Part shown: piece by piece, positions 18,963-29,078 of the stretch | Position numbering within the stretch: position 1 is the first letter of the stretch | Layout of the letters: each line of letters starts with the position of its first letter | DNA from: a candidate division TM6 bacterium GW2011_GWF2_28_16 | GTDB taxonomy: Bacteria; Patescibacteriota; Microgenomatia; UBA1400; PJMF01 | NCBI GenBank assembly: GCA_001029715.1 | Contig: CP011212.1 | Span: forward strand, 530,173 to 594,172 | Direction: 5' to 3' | DNA length: 64,000 bases | Notes under the pieces: model-generated | Database searches by the model: none | Seen by the model: only the letters and a program-made list of their open reading frames with translations | What the model was told of the DNA's origin: nothing | Position numbers and translations under genes: made by a program

Positions 18963-20036
18963 TTATTTTTTAATCTTAGCATGTGAGGCGATAGAGAGTA
19001 AAACCCCACTTGCAAAAAAAGACATTAGAAGTGATGAGCCACCTTGAGAAAAAAATGGTAAAGGCATACCACTTAGTGGCAACAAAACCACTACTGCTGA
19101 AAGATTAAAAATGAGTTGAATTGCCATCCAAGCTAAAATCCCGTAGTAAAGCAGATATTCATATTTATTAAGTGCTTTGTCTTTAACCATTAAATTAGCT
19201 AAAATAAAATAAAGCGCAAATAAAGAGATTATTAAAAAAGAGCCAATAAAACCAACTTCTTCAGCAACAATGGCAAAAATGGAGTCACTGCTGGCCTCTG
19301 GCACATAAGAATATTTCTGTTGAGAGTTGCCAATTCCTCTGCCAAACCAAGAACCACCACCTAAAGCTAGAGTAATTTGTCTAACATGATAAGAATCTCC
19401 TTGTACATTCTCACTCGGGTTTAAAAAAGTAGTTAAACGCTCTCTTCTGTAAGGACTAAGCAAAACCACTGCTAGAGCTAAGAAAAAACCAACTCCTAAA
19501 AGAATTGATAGCCATTTTATTTTTCCACCAGCTAAAAAATACATCACAATACTGGTGGCTACCAAAATCATCATCGAACCAAAATCTGGTTGTAGTAGAA
19601 CTATGACAATTGGCACAAAAAGAAAAAACAAAAAACTACTTAGATCTAATTTTTTAGACAAGAGATAAGCATAAAAATTAATCAAAACAAATTTAAAAAC
19701 CTCTACCGGTTGTAGGGTCCCAAAAGGCAAACTTATCCAACGACTAGCTCCGTTTAATTTAAGACCAATCCCAGGAATAAAAGTTAAAATGAGCAGGAAA
19801 ATTGCTAAAACATAAAAATGCAGAGCAAATTTTTTAAAAAAATTAATCTTAAGTTTGCTTGCTAAAAATAAAACTGCAAAAGACAAGATTAACCAAATTG
19901 CTTGCTGTTTAAAAAAATAATATTGATGCCCAAATAATTTAAAGCTCTCAACAGTTGATGCCTCAAAAACAAAAAAAAGACCAGTTAAAGAAAGAAGAGT
20001 AATTAGAATAAGAAAAAATTTAGAGGGCGTTTGCAT
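18963..20036 (-). CDS. ftsW: SEDS protein FtsW
   Basis: RGIGNSQQKYSYVPEASSDSIFAIVAEEVGFIG. Lies between mraY and murG. Confidence 0.85.
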   Translation of the reverse strand: MQTPSKFFLILITLLSLTGLFFVFEASTVESFKLFGHQYYFFKQQAIWLILSFAVLFLASKLKINFFKKFALHFYVLAIFLLILTFIPGIGLKLNGASRWISLPFGTLQPVEVFKFVLINFYAYLLSKKLDLSSFLFFLFVPIVIVLLQPDFGSMMILVATSIVMYFLAGGKIKWLSILLGVGFFLALAVVLLSPYRRERLTTFLNPSENVQGDSYHVRQITLALGGGSWFGRGIGNSQQKYSYVPEASSDSIFAIVAEEVGFIGSFLIISLFALYFILANLMVKDKALNKYEYLLYYGILAWMAIQLIFNLSAVVVLLPLSGMPLPFFSQGGSSLLMSFFASGVLLSIASHAKIKK

Positions 20037-20052
20037 GAATGTTTATTTAGGT

Positions 20053-21096
20053 TCAAATAACCGCCAACCAAACTCCAAAAATTGTCAGCATAATTTGCAA
20101 GAGCCAAGCTCTCTGAACAATTTTTGGCTCTGCCCAACCTTTTTCTTGGAAGGTTAGATGCAATGGGGCGGCAGGCATAATTTTCTTTTTAAAATATTTT
20201 TTAGAAAATAATTGAATAAAAGTGCTAGCGATTTCTATCACAAAAATTAAGCCAATAATCAGTAGCGCTAAAATTTTTCCAAGTAGTAAGCCAACCACTG
20301 CCAGAGTTGCTCCAAAAGCTAATGAGCCAACATCTCCCATAAAAATTCTGGCTGGAAAAACATTAAAATAAAGAAAGGAAACTAGAGATCCAAGCCAAAG
20401 AGCAAGAAAAACTGAAAGTGGCACATCTAGAATAGTAGAAGATAAAACCCACAATCCAAACAAAGAAAATAAAAGTAAACCAGCAGCTAAACCATCTAGA
20501 CCATCAGTAATGTTAACTGCATTGGCAAAAGCGACAATTACAAAGGCAGCAAAAGGAATATAGAAATAGCCCAATTGAATTGTTCCTACAAAAGGAATGT
20601 GTAAAATAGAAATTTCTAATTGGAAATAAATCATGCAAGCAATAATTATTGCTAGAAGCATTTGCAAAATTAACTTTTGACGCATTCTTAAACCAAAGAA
20701 CTTACTATCATCAAAGCGGAAAAACTTCTTAATATCATCATAAAGACCCAAAATCGCAAAAGATAAGAAAGTGAAAAATAAAACATTAACCTCAGCTTGG
20801 CTATTACGATGAATGCTGGTGACATCAATTCCAAAATAATTGAGGGCTGGAATCATCAAAGCAAAAAGAAGCGAAACCATTATTACCACTAACAATCCAC
20901 CTCCAACTGGTACCCCAGCTTTACTAGCATGAAATTTGTCAAAAATAGGTGTTCTTTCACCAAAAGCATCTAAAGTTTTTTGATCTTGGCGACGAAAACG
21001 TAATTTATAAAGCAAATTAATAAAAGGCACTACAGCAGTGCTGGTTAGTGTAAAAGAAAAAATTAAAATGCCTAAAAAAAGCGCTAGTGATCCCAT
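20053..21096 (-). CDS. mraY: Phospho-N-acetylmuramoyl-pentapeptide transferase MraY
   Basis: MGDVGSLAFGA and NAVNITDGLDGLA motifs. Confidence 0.9.
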   Translation of the reverse strand: MGSLALFLGILIFSFTLTSTAVVPFINLLYKLRFRRQDQKTLDAFGERTPIFDKFHASKAGVPVGGGLLVVIMVSLLFALMIPALNYFGIDVTSIHRNSQAEVNVLFFTFLSFAILGLYDDIKKFFRFDDSKFFGLRMRQKLILQMLLAIIIACMIYFQLEISILHIPFVGTIQLGYFYIPFAAFVIVAFANAVNITDGLDGLAAGLLLFSLFGLWVLSSTILDVPLSVFLALWLGSLVSFLYFNVFPARIFMGDVGSLAFGATLAVVGLLLGKILALLIIGLIFVIEIASTFIQLFSKKYFKKKIMPAAPLHLTFQEKGWAEPKIVQRAWLLQIMLTIFGVWLAVI

Positions 21097-21106
21097 ATGA
21101 TTCTTT

Positions 21107-22435
21107 CTATTCTGTAATTCTTTCTATCTTAGCTCCCATTATAATTAATTTCTCATCTATTTTTTGATAACCGCGCTCAACTTGCTCAATATTATGTAAA
21201 ATAGTTTTATCTTTAGCTCCAATGGCCGCTAATAAAATAGTTGCTCCAGCTCTTAGATCATGAATGGTAAATTCGCCACCTTTAAAATCTGTTGGTCCAT
21301 ATATTTTAATGGCGTGGCGATCACTTTCACTATGATCTTGCCAATTAAAATTATATAGAACCTCTGGATTTTTAACAGTTGGATTAAAATATTCGATCTT
21401 AGCACCCATTGCTTTTAAATCTTCAACATATTGAAAACGGTTTTGCATAACGGTCTCATGAATAATGCTTTCACCATGACATTGACAGAGTAGAGTAGCA
21501 AAAAGAGGTTGCCAATCAGTCATAAAACCAGGATGAATATCTGTTTCTACATCGGCAGCTCTCATCGGACCTTTGTAATAAAAACGAATTCCATAATCGC
21601 CAATTTCATAACCAGCCCCAATTTCATCTAGTTTTTCTAAAAAAGCCTTGAGATCTTTTTGTCTGGCATTTTCTACAACAATATCCCCTCTGCTAGCAAT
21701 CGCGGCACATGCATAACTAACCGCTTCATTTCGATCAGGCATGATTTTATGAATCGCTCCTCCTAATTTCTCTACACCATCAATTTCGATTTTTCTAAAA
21801 GAACGACGACGAATCTTTGCTCCCATTTGGTTGAGAAAAGAAATCAAATCATCTATTTCTGGTTCCTCAGCAGCATTCTCTAAAACTGTTTTTCCCTTGG
21901 CTAAAACTGCCGCCATAATTAAAGTCTCAGTTCCAGTGTGAGTATTTTTCTCAAAACAATAGTTACATCCTCTAAGTTCTTTGCAGCTTGCCCTTAACAT
22001 ACCGTTTTCTTGCTCAAATTTAACTCCCATTAACTCCAAACCATCCATATGTCTCTCTAAAGGGCGTTTGCCAATTTTATCTCCTCCTGGCATTGGCACT
22101 TCAGCCTGACCAAATTTGGCTAAAAGAGCTGGAATAAAAAGAGTAGAAGCGCGTGATTTTTCACCATATTCTTGATTTATTTTTGAAAAACGTAAATTAC
22201 GAGTATCAATAAAAAAAGTGCGCTCACCAGCACGATAAGCCTTAGCACCCAAACCATTGATTATTTCAGCTACCATATCTACATCAGAAATATCTGGTAA
22301 ATTTAAAAGTCGACTCTCCTTACTTCCCAAAAGCGCCGCGATCATCAGTTTATAAGAAGCATTCTTGGCTCCACCAACTCGAACCGAACCATAAAGTGGA
22401 GTACCACCGGTTACGATAAAACTTGCTTTGCTCAT
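21107..22435 (-). CDS. murA: UDP-N-acetylglucosamine 1-carboxyvinyltransferase MurA
   Basis: FIVTGGTPLYGSVRVGGAKNA matches the MurA N-terminus. The EPSP-synthase fold length is consistent. Confidence 0.9.
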   Translation of the reverse strand: MSKASFIVTGGTPLYGSVRVGGAKNASYKLMIAALLGSKESRLLNLPDISDVDMVAEIINGLGAKAYRAGERTFFIDTRNLRFSKINQEYGEKSRASTLFIPALLAKFGQAEVPMPGGDKIGKRPLERHMDGLELMGVKFEQENGMLRASCKELRGCNYCFEKNTHTGTETLIMAAVLAKGKTVLENAAEEPEIDDLISFLNQMGAKIRRRSFRKIEIDGVEKLGGAIHKIMPDRNEAVSYACAAIASRGDIVVENARQKDLKAFLEKLDEIGAGYEIGDYGIRFYYKGPMRAADVETDIHPGFMTDWQPLFATLLCQCHGESIIHETVMQNRFQYVEDLKAMGAKIEYFNPTVKNPEVLYNFNWQDHSESDRHAIKIYGPTDFKGGEFTIHDLRAGATILLAAIGAKDKTILHNIEQVERGYQKIDEKLIIMGAKIERITE

Positions 22436-22483
22436 AAAATAATTCCTAATTTAAATTTATAATAAAATTTTTGTGCTTTAAAG

Positions 22484-22526
22484 AAAGTCTGTCGAACGTA
22501 ACTTGATTTAAAGTGCAAAAATTTTA
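22484..22526. repeat. Imperfect palindrome containing a 26-bp copy of the repeat family also found at 50521-50546
   Basis: GTCGAACGTAACTTGATTTAAAGTGC (22501-22526) differs by one mismatch from 50521-50546. A degenerate inverted arm GTGCTTTAAAGAAAGTC lies at 22484-22500. Confidence 0.5.
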
Positions 22527-23498
22527 TGTTAAATAAAAAACCTCTTCTTTTAGAATAACATTAAATTTTTCTAAAACCACCTTCTTGACTTTTTCAATCA
22601 ATTTTTTGACATCTTCTGCCTTGCCTTCACCAAGGTTAACAAAAAAAGCAGCGTGTTGATCACTTACCTGGATCTCTCCTTCTCTAGCTCCTTTCAATCC
22701 TGCTTGATCAATCAGAAACCCGGCTGGAATAAACTCTGCGTCATTAAATTGCGGAAAAAGTTTTTTTAGCTCATCAGTATTGGCAGGATTTTGGAAAACA
22801 CAGCCACAGCTTGGCATGTGGAGAGGCTGAGTCAGCTCTCTTTTTTCGATTGAAGCTCTAATTCTTTCTTTTATTACATCAGTAGAATCTTTTTTTAACG
22901 CAAAAACAGCGGAGAATATAAGAAGATTTTTGTTTGTTTGAAAAATAGATTTTTCATAGGCAAACTCACATTTTTCACGTGAAAAAGTAATAATTGCTTC
23001 TTTCTCTAAATCAAAAACCTCAACTTCTCTAATATTGTCAGCAATTAAATCCTTTAAATAGTGAGCATTATTATAAATAGCTCCACCAAGAGTGCCAGGA
23101 ACGCCAATAAAACCTTCTAGACCTGCTCCGCCTTTCATTGCCACCTGAGCTACCAAATGAGAAGTTTTAAGACCTACGCCTGCTCTAATGACTAATTCTG
23201 TAGTTGTATCAGAAATAAATTCGAGCTCTTTGAAATCTAGATGCAAAGTTAGGCCTTTTAGACCCTCATCTGCAATTACTACATTACTACCTCCACCAAG
23301 AATAGAAAACTTGATCTTTTGTTTTTTACAAAAAACCAACAAATCTATTGCTTCTTGGCGAGTCTTGGCGCTATAAAAAACTTCTGCCTGACCACCAATT
23401 TTAAAATAACTTTTCGAGGAAAGAGGATAATTAAAAAGAAAATCAAAGGCAGGAAATTGTTGGCTAAAAATTTGCTCTAAATTCATAAGCTTTTTCAT
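22524..23498 (-). CDS. murB: UDP-N-acetylenolpyruvoylglucosamine reductase MurB
   Basis: FAD-binding FKIGGQAEVF...ILGGGSNVV and a C-terminal MurB domain. Confidence 0.85.
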   Translation of the reverse strand: MKKLMNLEQIFSQQFPAFDFLFNYPLSSKSYFKIGGQAEVFYSAKTRQEAIDLLVFCKKQKIKFSILGGGSNVVIADEGLKGLTLHLDFKELEFISDTTTELVIRAGVGLKTSHLVAQVAMKGGAGLEGFIGVPGTLGGAIYNNAHYLKDLIADNIREVEVFDLEKEAIITFSREKCEFAYEKSIFQTNKNLLIFSAVFALKKDSTDVIKERIRASIEKRELTQPLHMPSCGCVFQNPANTDELKKLFPQFNDAEFIPAGFLIDQAGLKGAREGEIQVSDQHAAFFVNLGEGKAEDVKKLIEKVKKVVLEKFNVILKEEVFYLT

Positions 23499-23543
23499 TC
23501 TATCACGAGAGGGGCTAATAAAAGCAAGGTTTATAATGCGAGA

Positions 23544-24242
23544 GTGTTAGAAATAAAAAAAGGTTTATATTTAGTTGACAAACCAAGTGGCCCTAGCAGT
23601 CACATGGTGGTTAATTACTTCAGAAAACTAAGTGGTATTAAAAAGATCGGTCATTGTGGCACCCTTGATCCGCTTGCCTCTGGCTTATTGATTCTTTTAG
23701 TAGGTAAAGAATACACAAGAACACAAGATCTTTACTTAAAAAAAGACAAAGAATATTTAGTCAGAGCTCGCCTGGGGATTGGAACCGATACTTATGACCA
23801 AACTGGAAAAATTATCAAAAAAGACAACTGGCAAGAATTAAAAGACATCAAAAAAACTGATCTGCTAAGAATTTTTCCTCAATTTAAAGGCAAAATAGAG
23901 CAAACAGTGCCTATTTTTTCTGCCGTGAAAGTCAAGGGTCAAAAGCTTTATCAAAAAGCCAGAAGGGGAGAAACTGTAGAATTACCCAGTCGCCAAATTG
24001 AAATAAAAAAACTTATCTTAAAAAGTTTTGAAAAGGATTCAAAAAAAGAAGAAGTCTTTTTTGAACTATTAGTCAAATGTTCGAGTGGAACTTATATTCG
24101 CTCACTTATTCACGATCTTGGGAAAAAACTAGCTCTAGGAGCTCACGTGGTTGCACTGCGTCGTAATAAAATCGATAAATTTCACGTGAAAAAAGCAATT
24201 AAAATGGACTGGGATAGTCAGCTTTACCAACTGGGCTTATAG
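23544..24242 (+). CDS. truB: tRNA pseudouridine(55) synthase TruB
   Basis: GLYLVDKPSGPSSH...GHCGTLDPLASGLL with the catalytic Asp motif. GTG start. Confidence 0.85.
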   Translation: MLEIKKGLYLVDKPSGPSSHMVVNYFRKLSGIKKIGHCGTLDPLASGLLILLVGKEYTRTQDLYLKKDKEYLVRARLGIGTDTYDQTGKIIKKDNWQELKDIKKTDLLRIFPQFKGKIEQTVPIFSAVKVKGQKLYQKARRGETVELPSRQIEIKKLILKSFEKDSKKEEVFFELLVKCSSGTYIRSLIHDLGKKLALGAHVVALRRNKIDKFHVKKAIKMDWDSQLYQLGL

Positions 24243-24786
24243 AGCTGACTGGCCAATATCTGAAAAAAACTCTACCAACAATCTCATCCTTAGTAATAGC
24301 TCCCCAAGCTCTTGAATCACTTGAATAAGGACGATTGTCTCCAGAAACAAAGAATTCATCTGGTCCTAAGTAAATGCTTTTATTTTTGGTGGCATTACCT
24401 GGCAAAATGGAAAAATCACTAGGAATATAGGGCTCTGGCAATTTGTTTCCATTTATCCAATAAGCGTTTTCTTTGACTTCAATCGTATCTCCTGGTACAC
24501 CAATCACTCTTTTAATAAAGTCACAACCAGTTCCTTCTGGACAATTAGCCTCTGGAGGAGCGTGAAAGACCACGATTTCACCTCTTTGTGGATCTCTCAT
24601 CTTAAAAGTTACTTTATCAGTCAAAACATGCTCACCACTTTGAAAATTCGGCACCATTGACTGTCCATTAACCTGATGAGGCTGTAAGAAGAACAAATAA
24701 ACAACTAAAAAAATAGAAAAAGAAATGGCCATAGTTTCTATCAGATCGAGGAAAGTAGCCCCAACTTTTTCAAAAGTATTTTTCAT
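24199..24786 (-). CDS. lepB: Signal peptidase I
   Basis: GQSMVPNF (the Ser box) and GDNRPYSSDSRAWG (box E). Convergent with truB, overlapping it by 44 bp. Confidence 0.8.
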   Translation of the reverse strand: MKNTFEKVGATFLDLIETMAISFSIFLVVYLFFLQPHQVNGQSMVPNFQSGEHVLTDKVTFKMRDPQRGEIVVFHAPPEANCPEGTGCDFIKRVIGVPGDTIEVKENAYWINGNKLPEPYIPSDFSILPGNATKNKSIYLGPDEFFVSGDNRPYSSDSRAWGAITKDEIVGRVFFRYWPVSSISPVGKADYPSPF

Positions 24787-24796
24787 AACGAGCTTT

Positions 24797-26080
24797 ATGT
24801 TACTACTTTGGCAAGGGAGCTTGCAAGCAGTATTGTTTTTAACTTACAATGTAATCGTGAATTATCAAAAACATGCTATCGCTGGTTTTTCTTGGCAAAC
24901 TTTGCAAAGGATTCTTACCACTGGTTTAAGTTTTTTGAAAATTTTTATTTTAGCCAGATTACTTGGTCCTGAACAATTCGGTTTGTTTTCCCTAGTAATG
25001 ATCGCCCTTGGCGTCACAGAAAGCATTACTCAGACAGGCGTCAACATTACCATGTTGCAATCCAAACAACCAATTAAATACTTTCTAGACACCGCCTTTG
25101 TTATCGCCATCATCAGAGGTTTTTTAATTGGTTCTTTGATGATTTTAATGGGTTACCTAATGAGCAATTATTACAATGAGCCAAGTTTATTTCCAATGAT
25201 CTCTATCGTTGCCTTAGTACCAATTATTAAAGGCTTTATTAATCCGGCCATTATTAGTTGGCAAAAAAACTTTCAATTTGCCAGAGATAGTTTCTATTCT
25301 TCTTTGAGAGTAACCATTGAGATGCTGGCTCAAATTGTTTTAGCTCTAGCATTACATTCTGTTTGGGCACTTTGTCTTGGAGTTATCGTCGGAGCTCTTT
25401 TTGAAGTAACCCTGTCATTCTTAATGCTTAAAGAGAGACCAGTCTTCCACTATATTAAAAGCAGAGGAGAAGCCATTTTTAAAAACGCCAAATGGTTGAG
25501 TCTTGGCAGCTTGCTTAGCTACTTAAATGACAACATTGATGACTTTCTACTTGGTAAAATTGTTGGCACCTATCAATTGGGCATTTATCATAACGCCTAT
25601 GCTCTCAGTCATAAAACTAACTATGAGCTATCCAAGTCCGCTTACCATGGAGTAATGCCAATTTTTTCTAAGATAGCTCAAGAGAATGAAAGAGTTCGTT
25701 TAAAAAGAGCTTTTTTTAAATCAATGTTCTCTACATTATTAATTGCGTCTCTTATTTCTTTGCCTTTAATTTTATTTCCCAAGCTTTTAGTTGATTTGAT
25801 TCTTGGTGAAAAATGGTTGGAAGCAATTAATATTTTGCCACTTCTAGCTCTTGCTGGCTTAATCCACACTGTAGCCAACATGACTTACGCTCTGATCATT
25901 GCTAAAAAGCAATATTTTTACATGAACCTACATATGATTGCCTCTTTAGTTCTGATGATTTTGGGGATTATTTACCTTGGCAATATTCATGGTTTAGTTG
26001 GAGCAGTTCTTGGCATTGTCTTAGCTAGAGCAGTAGCTCTGCCTATTGCTCTATTAGGAGTAAAGAAGAGTCTAGAATAG
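24797..26080 (+). CDS. MOP-superfamily flippase (MurJ/Wzx-like lipid-linked oligosaccharide flippase)
   Basis: Multi-TM protein with a polysaccharide-biosynthesis-protein-like N-terminus (ILARLLGPEQFGLFSLVMIALGV). The start is set at the ATG at 24797, not the ORF-track start at 24725, to avoid overlap with lepB. Confidence 0.55.
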   Translation: MLLLWQGSLQAVLFLTYNVIVNYQKHAIAGFSWQTLQRILTTGLSFLKIFILARLLGPEQFGLFSLVMIALGVTESITQTGVNITMLQSKQPIKYFLDTAFVIAIIRGFLIGSLMILMGYLMSNYYNEPSLFPMISIVALVPIIKGFINPAIISWQKNFQFARDSFYSSLRVTIEMLAQIVLALALHSVWALCLGVIVGALFEVTLSFLMLKERPVFHYIKSRGEAIFKNAKWLSLGSLLSYLNDNIDDFLLGKIVGTYQLGIYHNAYALSHKTNYELSKSAYHGVMPIFSKIAQENERVRLKRAFFKSMFSTLLIASLISLPLILFPKLLVDLILGEKWLEAINILPLLALAGLIHTVANMTYALIIAKKQYFYMNLHMIASLVLMILGIIYLGNIHGLVGAVLGIVLARAVALPIALLGVKKSLE

Positions 26081-26082
26081 TT

Positions 26083-27195
26083 ATGAAATTTTTCTTAATT
26101 AGCTTAGTTTTTTTACTTTCTTTGGGTCAATTACAAAGAATTCAAATTACAAATAACATTGCTTTTTATTTGCATGATTCGCTCATTGTGGCTTTCTTGT
26201 TAAAAGAGCTTTTTACGGCAATCGTGCAAAGAAAAAAAATTATTGAAAAGTTAAAAAAAATAAATATTCTTCAAAAAAAAATATTTTGGGGGTTTTTAGC
26301 TACGGTTTTTTTAGCTTGGGTCTTGGCTATTTTTGAAGGAAGATTCGATTTTAGAGCCATTTTATATTCAATACGCTTAATTACTTATGTTTGCTTTGTT
26401 TTTTTACTGCAAAAAAAATTAAAAGGTAAAAATTGGCTATGGAGGCTAGTTTCTTTTAACATTCTTTTACTAGGATTCTTACAATATTTTTTCTTGCCCG
26501 ATTTGCGTTTTTTAATTTATGAAGGCTACGACGATCATCTTTATAGACTGGTAAGCACAATCCTCGATCCTGCATTTACTGGATTAATTTTTGTCTTTAA
26601 TTTAAATTATTATCTTTGGCAAAAAAAGAAAAATTGGTTTTTTATCATTCCATTTGCAATTGGCTTGCTTTTAACTTACTCCAGATCTTCTTATTTGGCA
26701 TTTTTGCTTAGTAGTTTAATCCTTATGCTTATTAGAAAAGATTTGGGTAAGAGAGCAGTTCTGCTAGTTTTAATTAGCTTTTTTGCTAGCTTGCCATTCT
26801 TACCAAAACAAAGTGGAGGAGATGGAGTAAACCTACTTAGAACTACTTCTGCAGAGGCGAGAATCAGTAATGATCAGATGATTCTACGAAACATGAACAA
26901 AACAGATTGGATATTTGGGCAGGGATTATTTATCCCAAATCAAAACAGGCAAACAGTAGAAAATATTCCTAGCCATTCTCACTTTGCCGACAACTTACTT
27001 GTTTTTCTTTTGAGTAATTTAGGTGTTATTGGAAGTTCACTATTTATTATTTTAGTTTGGCAACTTACGAGATCTAGCAAAAAAGAAAATTTAGCTCTGC
27101 TTGCTAGTCTGATTAGCCACGCTATGTTTAACAATAATTTCACACAAAGTTTTGTGCTTTTAATTTTTCTAGGATTTTCTTTATCAGATGATTAG
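26083..27195 (+). CDS. O-antigen ligase/polymerase-like membrane protein (Wzy_C domain)
   Basis: About 10 TM segments and a LTYSRSSYLAFLLS loop typical of the O-antigen ligase family. Confidence 0.45.
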   Translation: MKFFLISLVFLLSLGQLQRIQITNNIAFYLHDSLIVAFLLKELFTAIVQRKKIIEKLKKINILQKKIFWGFLATVFLAWVLAIFEGRFDFRAILYSIRLITYVCFVFLLQKKLKGKNWLWRLVSFNILLLGFLQYFFLPDLRFLIYEGYDDHLYRLVSTILDPAFTGLIFVFNLNYYLWQKKKNWFFIIPFAIGLLLTYSRSSYLAFLLSSLILMLIRKDLGKRAVLLVLISFFASLPFLPKQSGGDGVNLLRTTSAEARISNDQMILRNMNKTDWIFGQGLFIPNQNRQTVENIPSHSHFADNLLVFLLSNLGVIGSSLFIILVWQLTRSSKKENLALLASLISHAMFNNNFTQSFVLLIFLGFSLSDD

Positions 27196-27956
27196 AGTTG
27201 GAATTCAACTTCGATGCTGCGCTCGGTTTTGTTTTTAGCTTTATCTGTAACTTCAAACTTTAACTCGTTCTTACCTTCGTTAAGGTAGTAATTACTTGAA
27301 AAGTTACCTTCTTTATCAGCCAAAACCAAACGACCATTAATTAAGACTTTTGCTTCTGCTTCAGTCTTGCCTTTAATAGTTAAGGTTCGGTTTTTTTTGA
27401 GTTCAATCTTGGCTCCATCTTTTGGCTCCTCAATTTCTAAGCTTGGAGCCTCGCTGTCACGAGTAATTAGATAAGAGCGAGTCTTGAGAGATTCGTTGCC
27501 CATCTCATCAACACCAAAAATCGATAGTTCATTTTCGCCATCGTTTAAATTTATTTCATATTCAAATTGTCCATCTTCAGCGACGTCTATTTCTGCATTT
27601 TTTTCAGAATTAAGCAAGAAGACGACTTTGCTTTTTGGTTCAGCAAAACCACGTAAATTGAGATTGGCTGAATAAGTTGCCTCAAATGGAATAGTAGATA
27701 AAACTGGAACTTGAGGTGGAACAGTATCTTTTTCTTCAAAAGGAGAATCTTTATCAATAATAGAAAAGAAAATTCTAATTAAACCAGGCACAATTAAAAA
27801 TATAAAAAGCAAAAGAAAAACGATCCCAAAAAAAACAAATAAAAAAGTTTGTTTTTGAATTTTACTTTTTTCTCTTTTGACTAAACGAGAAGAAACAACA
27901 TTTTTTTTACTATTCTTTCTATCATAGATGGAAGAGTAGCGACCTGAATTGAACAT
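27192..27956 (-). CDS. Membrane-anchored protein with a bacterial Ig-like (Big) domain
   Basis: N-terminal TM followed by a beta-rich region (IKGKTEAEAKVLINGRLV...NELKFEVTDKAKN). Confidence 0.4.
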   Translation of the reverse strand: MFNSGRYSSIYDRKNSKKNVVSSRLVKREKSKIQKQTFLFVFFGIVFLLLFIFLIVPGLIRIFFSIIDKDSPFEEKDTVPPQVPVLSTIPFEATYSANLNLRGFAEPKSKVVFLLNSEKNAEIDVAEDGQFEYEINLNDGENELSIFGVDEMGNESLKTRSYLITRDSEAPSLEIEEPKDGAKIELKKNRTLTIKGKTEAEAKVLINGRLVLADKEGNFSSNYYLNEGKNELKFEVTDKAKNKTERSIEVEFQL

Positions 27957-27960
27957 AGAC

Positions 27961-29073
27961 TTATATTAACACTCTTTTAACTGATTCGGCTAGATGAACC
28001 AAAAGATCATAAGGAATTGTTTTAGCTTTTAAAGCAGCATTGCTTATAGAGTTTTTATCTGGCTTATTGGAAGAATAGATAATAACTTTTTCACCAATTT
28101 GAGGATCTTTAAGCTTGCTGATATCAATGCTAGTCATATTCATAGAAACTCTACCAACAATTGGGAAATATTGATCTCTTATCTTTACCAAACCCTTATT
28201 GGAAAGGCGTTTATCAACTCCCTCGTAATATCCTGCCGGTAATAAAGCTAAAACTTTATCTGCTCTGGCTTTGAAAGTGCAACCATATCCAACCACCGCA
28301 TCTTTTTTAATTTTTTTAATTTGTACGAGTGTTGAAGAAAATTCCAAAACTGGCTGTAGAGAAATTTTATTTTTATAAGGATCACTTTTAACTAGAGGGC
28401 TAATTCCATAGTGAGCAATTCCTGCTCTAATCATATTGAATGTTTGGTTTTTGACCTTAAAAGCTCCTCCAGAAGCAGAAATATGACGCCACTCTGGAAA
28501 AATTTGCTGCTTATTCATTATCTGGAGAGCTTTTTTATATTGCTTAATTTGTTCTTTTACAAAGTCTTGAGAGTTTGGGTTATCTGCATCAGCAAGATGA
28601 GAGCAAAGACCAGTGATATTTAAGTTTTTTAATTTTTTAAGTTCCATCAGAAAATTTTCTAAGTCTTCAAGATTGACACCTTCACGACTCATACCAGTAT
28701 CAACAAAGACGTGAACCTTACAGCCGCGTTGATATTCATTAAGTATTTTGGCCAATTCAAGGTCAAATATCGCAATGCTAAAGGGGAGACGTTTGAGCTT
28801 AAAATTTTCTGGGTCTGTATAACCCATAATTAGAATTGGAGTCTTAACCCTCATTTTATATAGTTCATAGGCTTCAAATAGGCTGTCCACAATCAGAAAT
28901 TCGCAGTGCATGGAATCAAAAATTGGAGCAAGTTGCTTTAATCCATGTCCATAAGCGTTGCTTTTGAGCACTGGACAAACTTTAGCGTTTTGATGAAAGT
29001 CTTGGAGATTTTTGTGGTTTTGAGTAAGAGCTTCTTTGGAAAGAAGAATCTTATTTAAATTTTGGTATGTCAT
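27961..29073 (-). CDS. alr: Alanine racemase
   Basis: PLP-lysine motif VLKSNAYGHG. Start set at ATG 29073 (MTYQNL...) because the ORF-track start at 29103 lies inside tRNA-Thr. Confidence 0.85.
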   Translation of the reverse strand: MTYQNLNKILLSKEALTQNHKNLQDFHQNAKVCPVLKSNAYGHGLKQLAPIFDSMHCEFLIVDSLFEAYELYKMRVKTPILIMGYTDPENFKLKRLPFSIAIFDLELAKILNEYQRGCKVHVFVDTGMSREGVNLEDLENFLMELKKLKNLNITGLCSHLADADNPNSQDFVKEQIKQYKKALQIMNKQQIFPEWRHISASGGAFKVKNQTFNMIRAGIAHYGISPLVKSDPYKNKISLQPVLEFSSTLVQIKKIKKDAVVGYGCTFKARADKVLALLPAGYYEGVDKRLSNKGLVKIRDQYFPIVGRVSMNMTSIDISKLKDPQIGEKVIIYSSNKPDKNSISNAALKAKTIPYDLLVHLAESVKRVLI

Positions 29074-29078
29074 TTCTG

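Noticed and set aside
24199-24242. The 44-bp convergent overlap of truB and lepB as a sign of a frameshift or pseudogene
   Set aside because: Both proteins are full length with intact motifs. A short convergent 3' overlap is plausible, or truB may terminate slightly earlier functionally.
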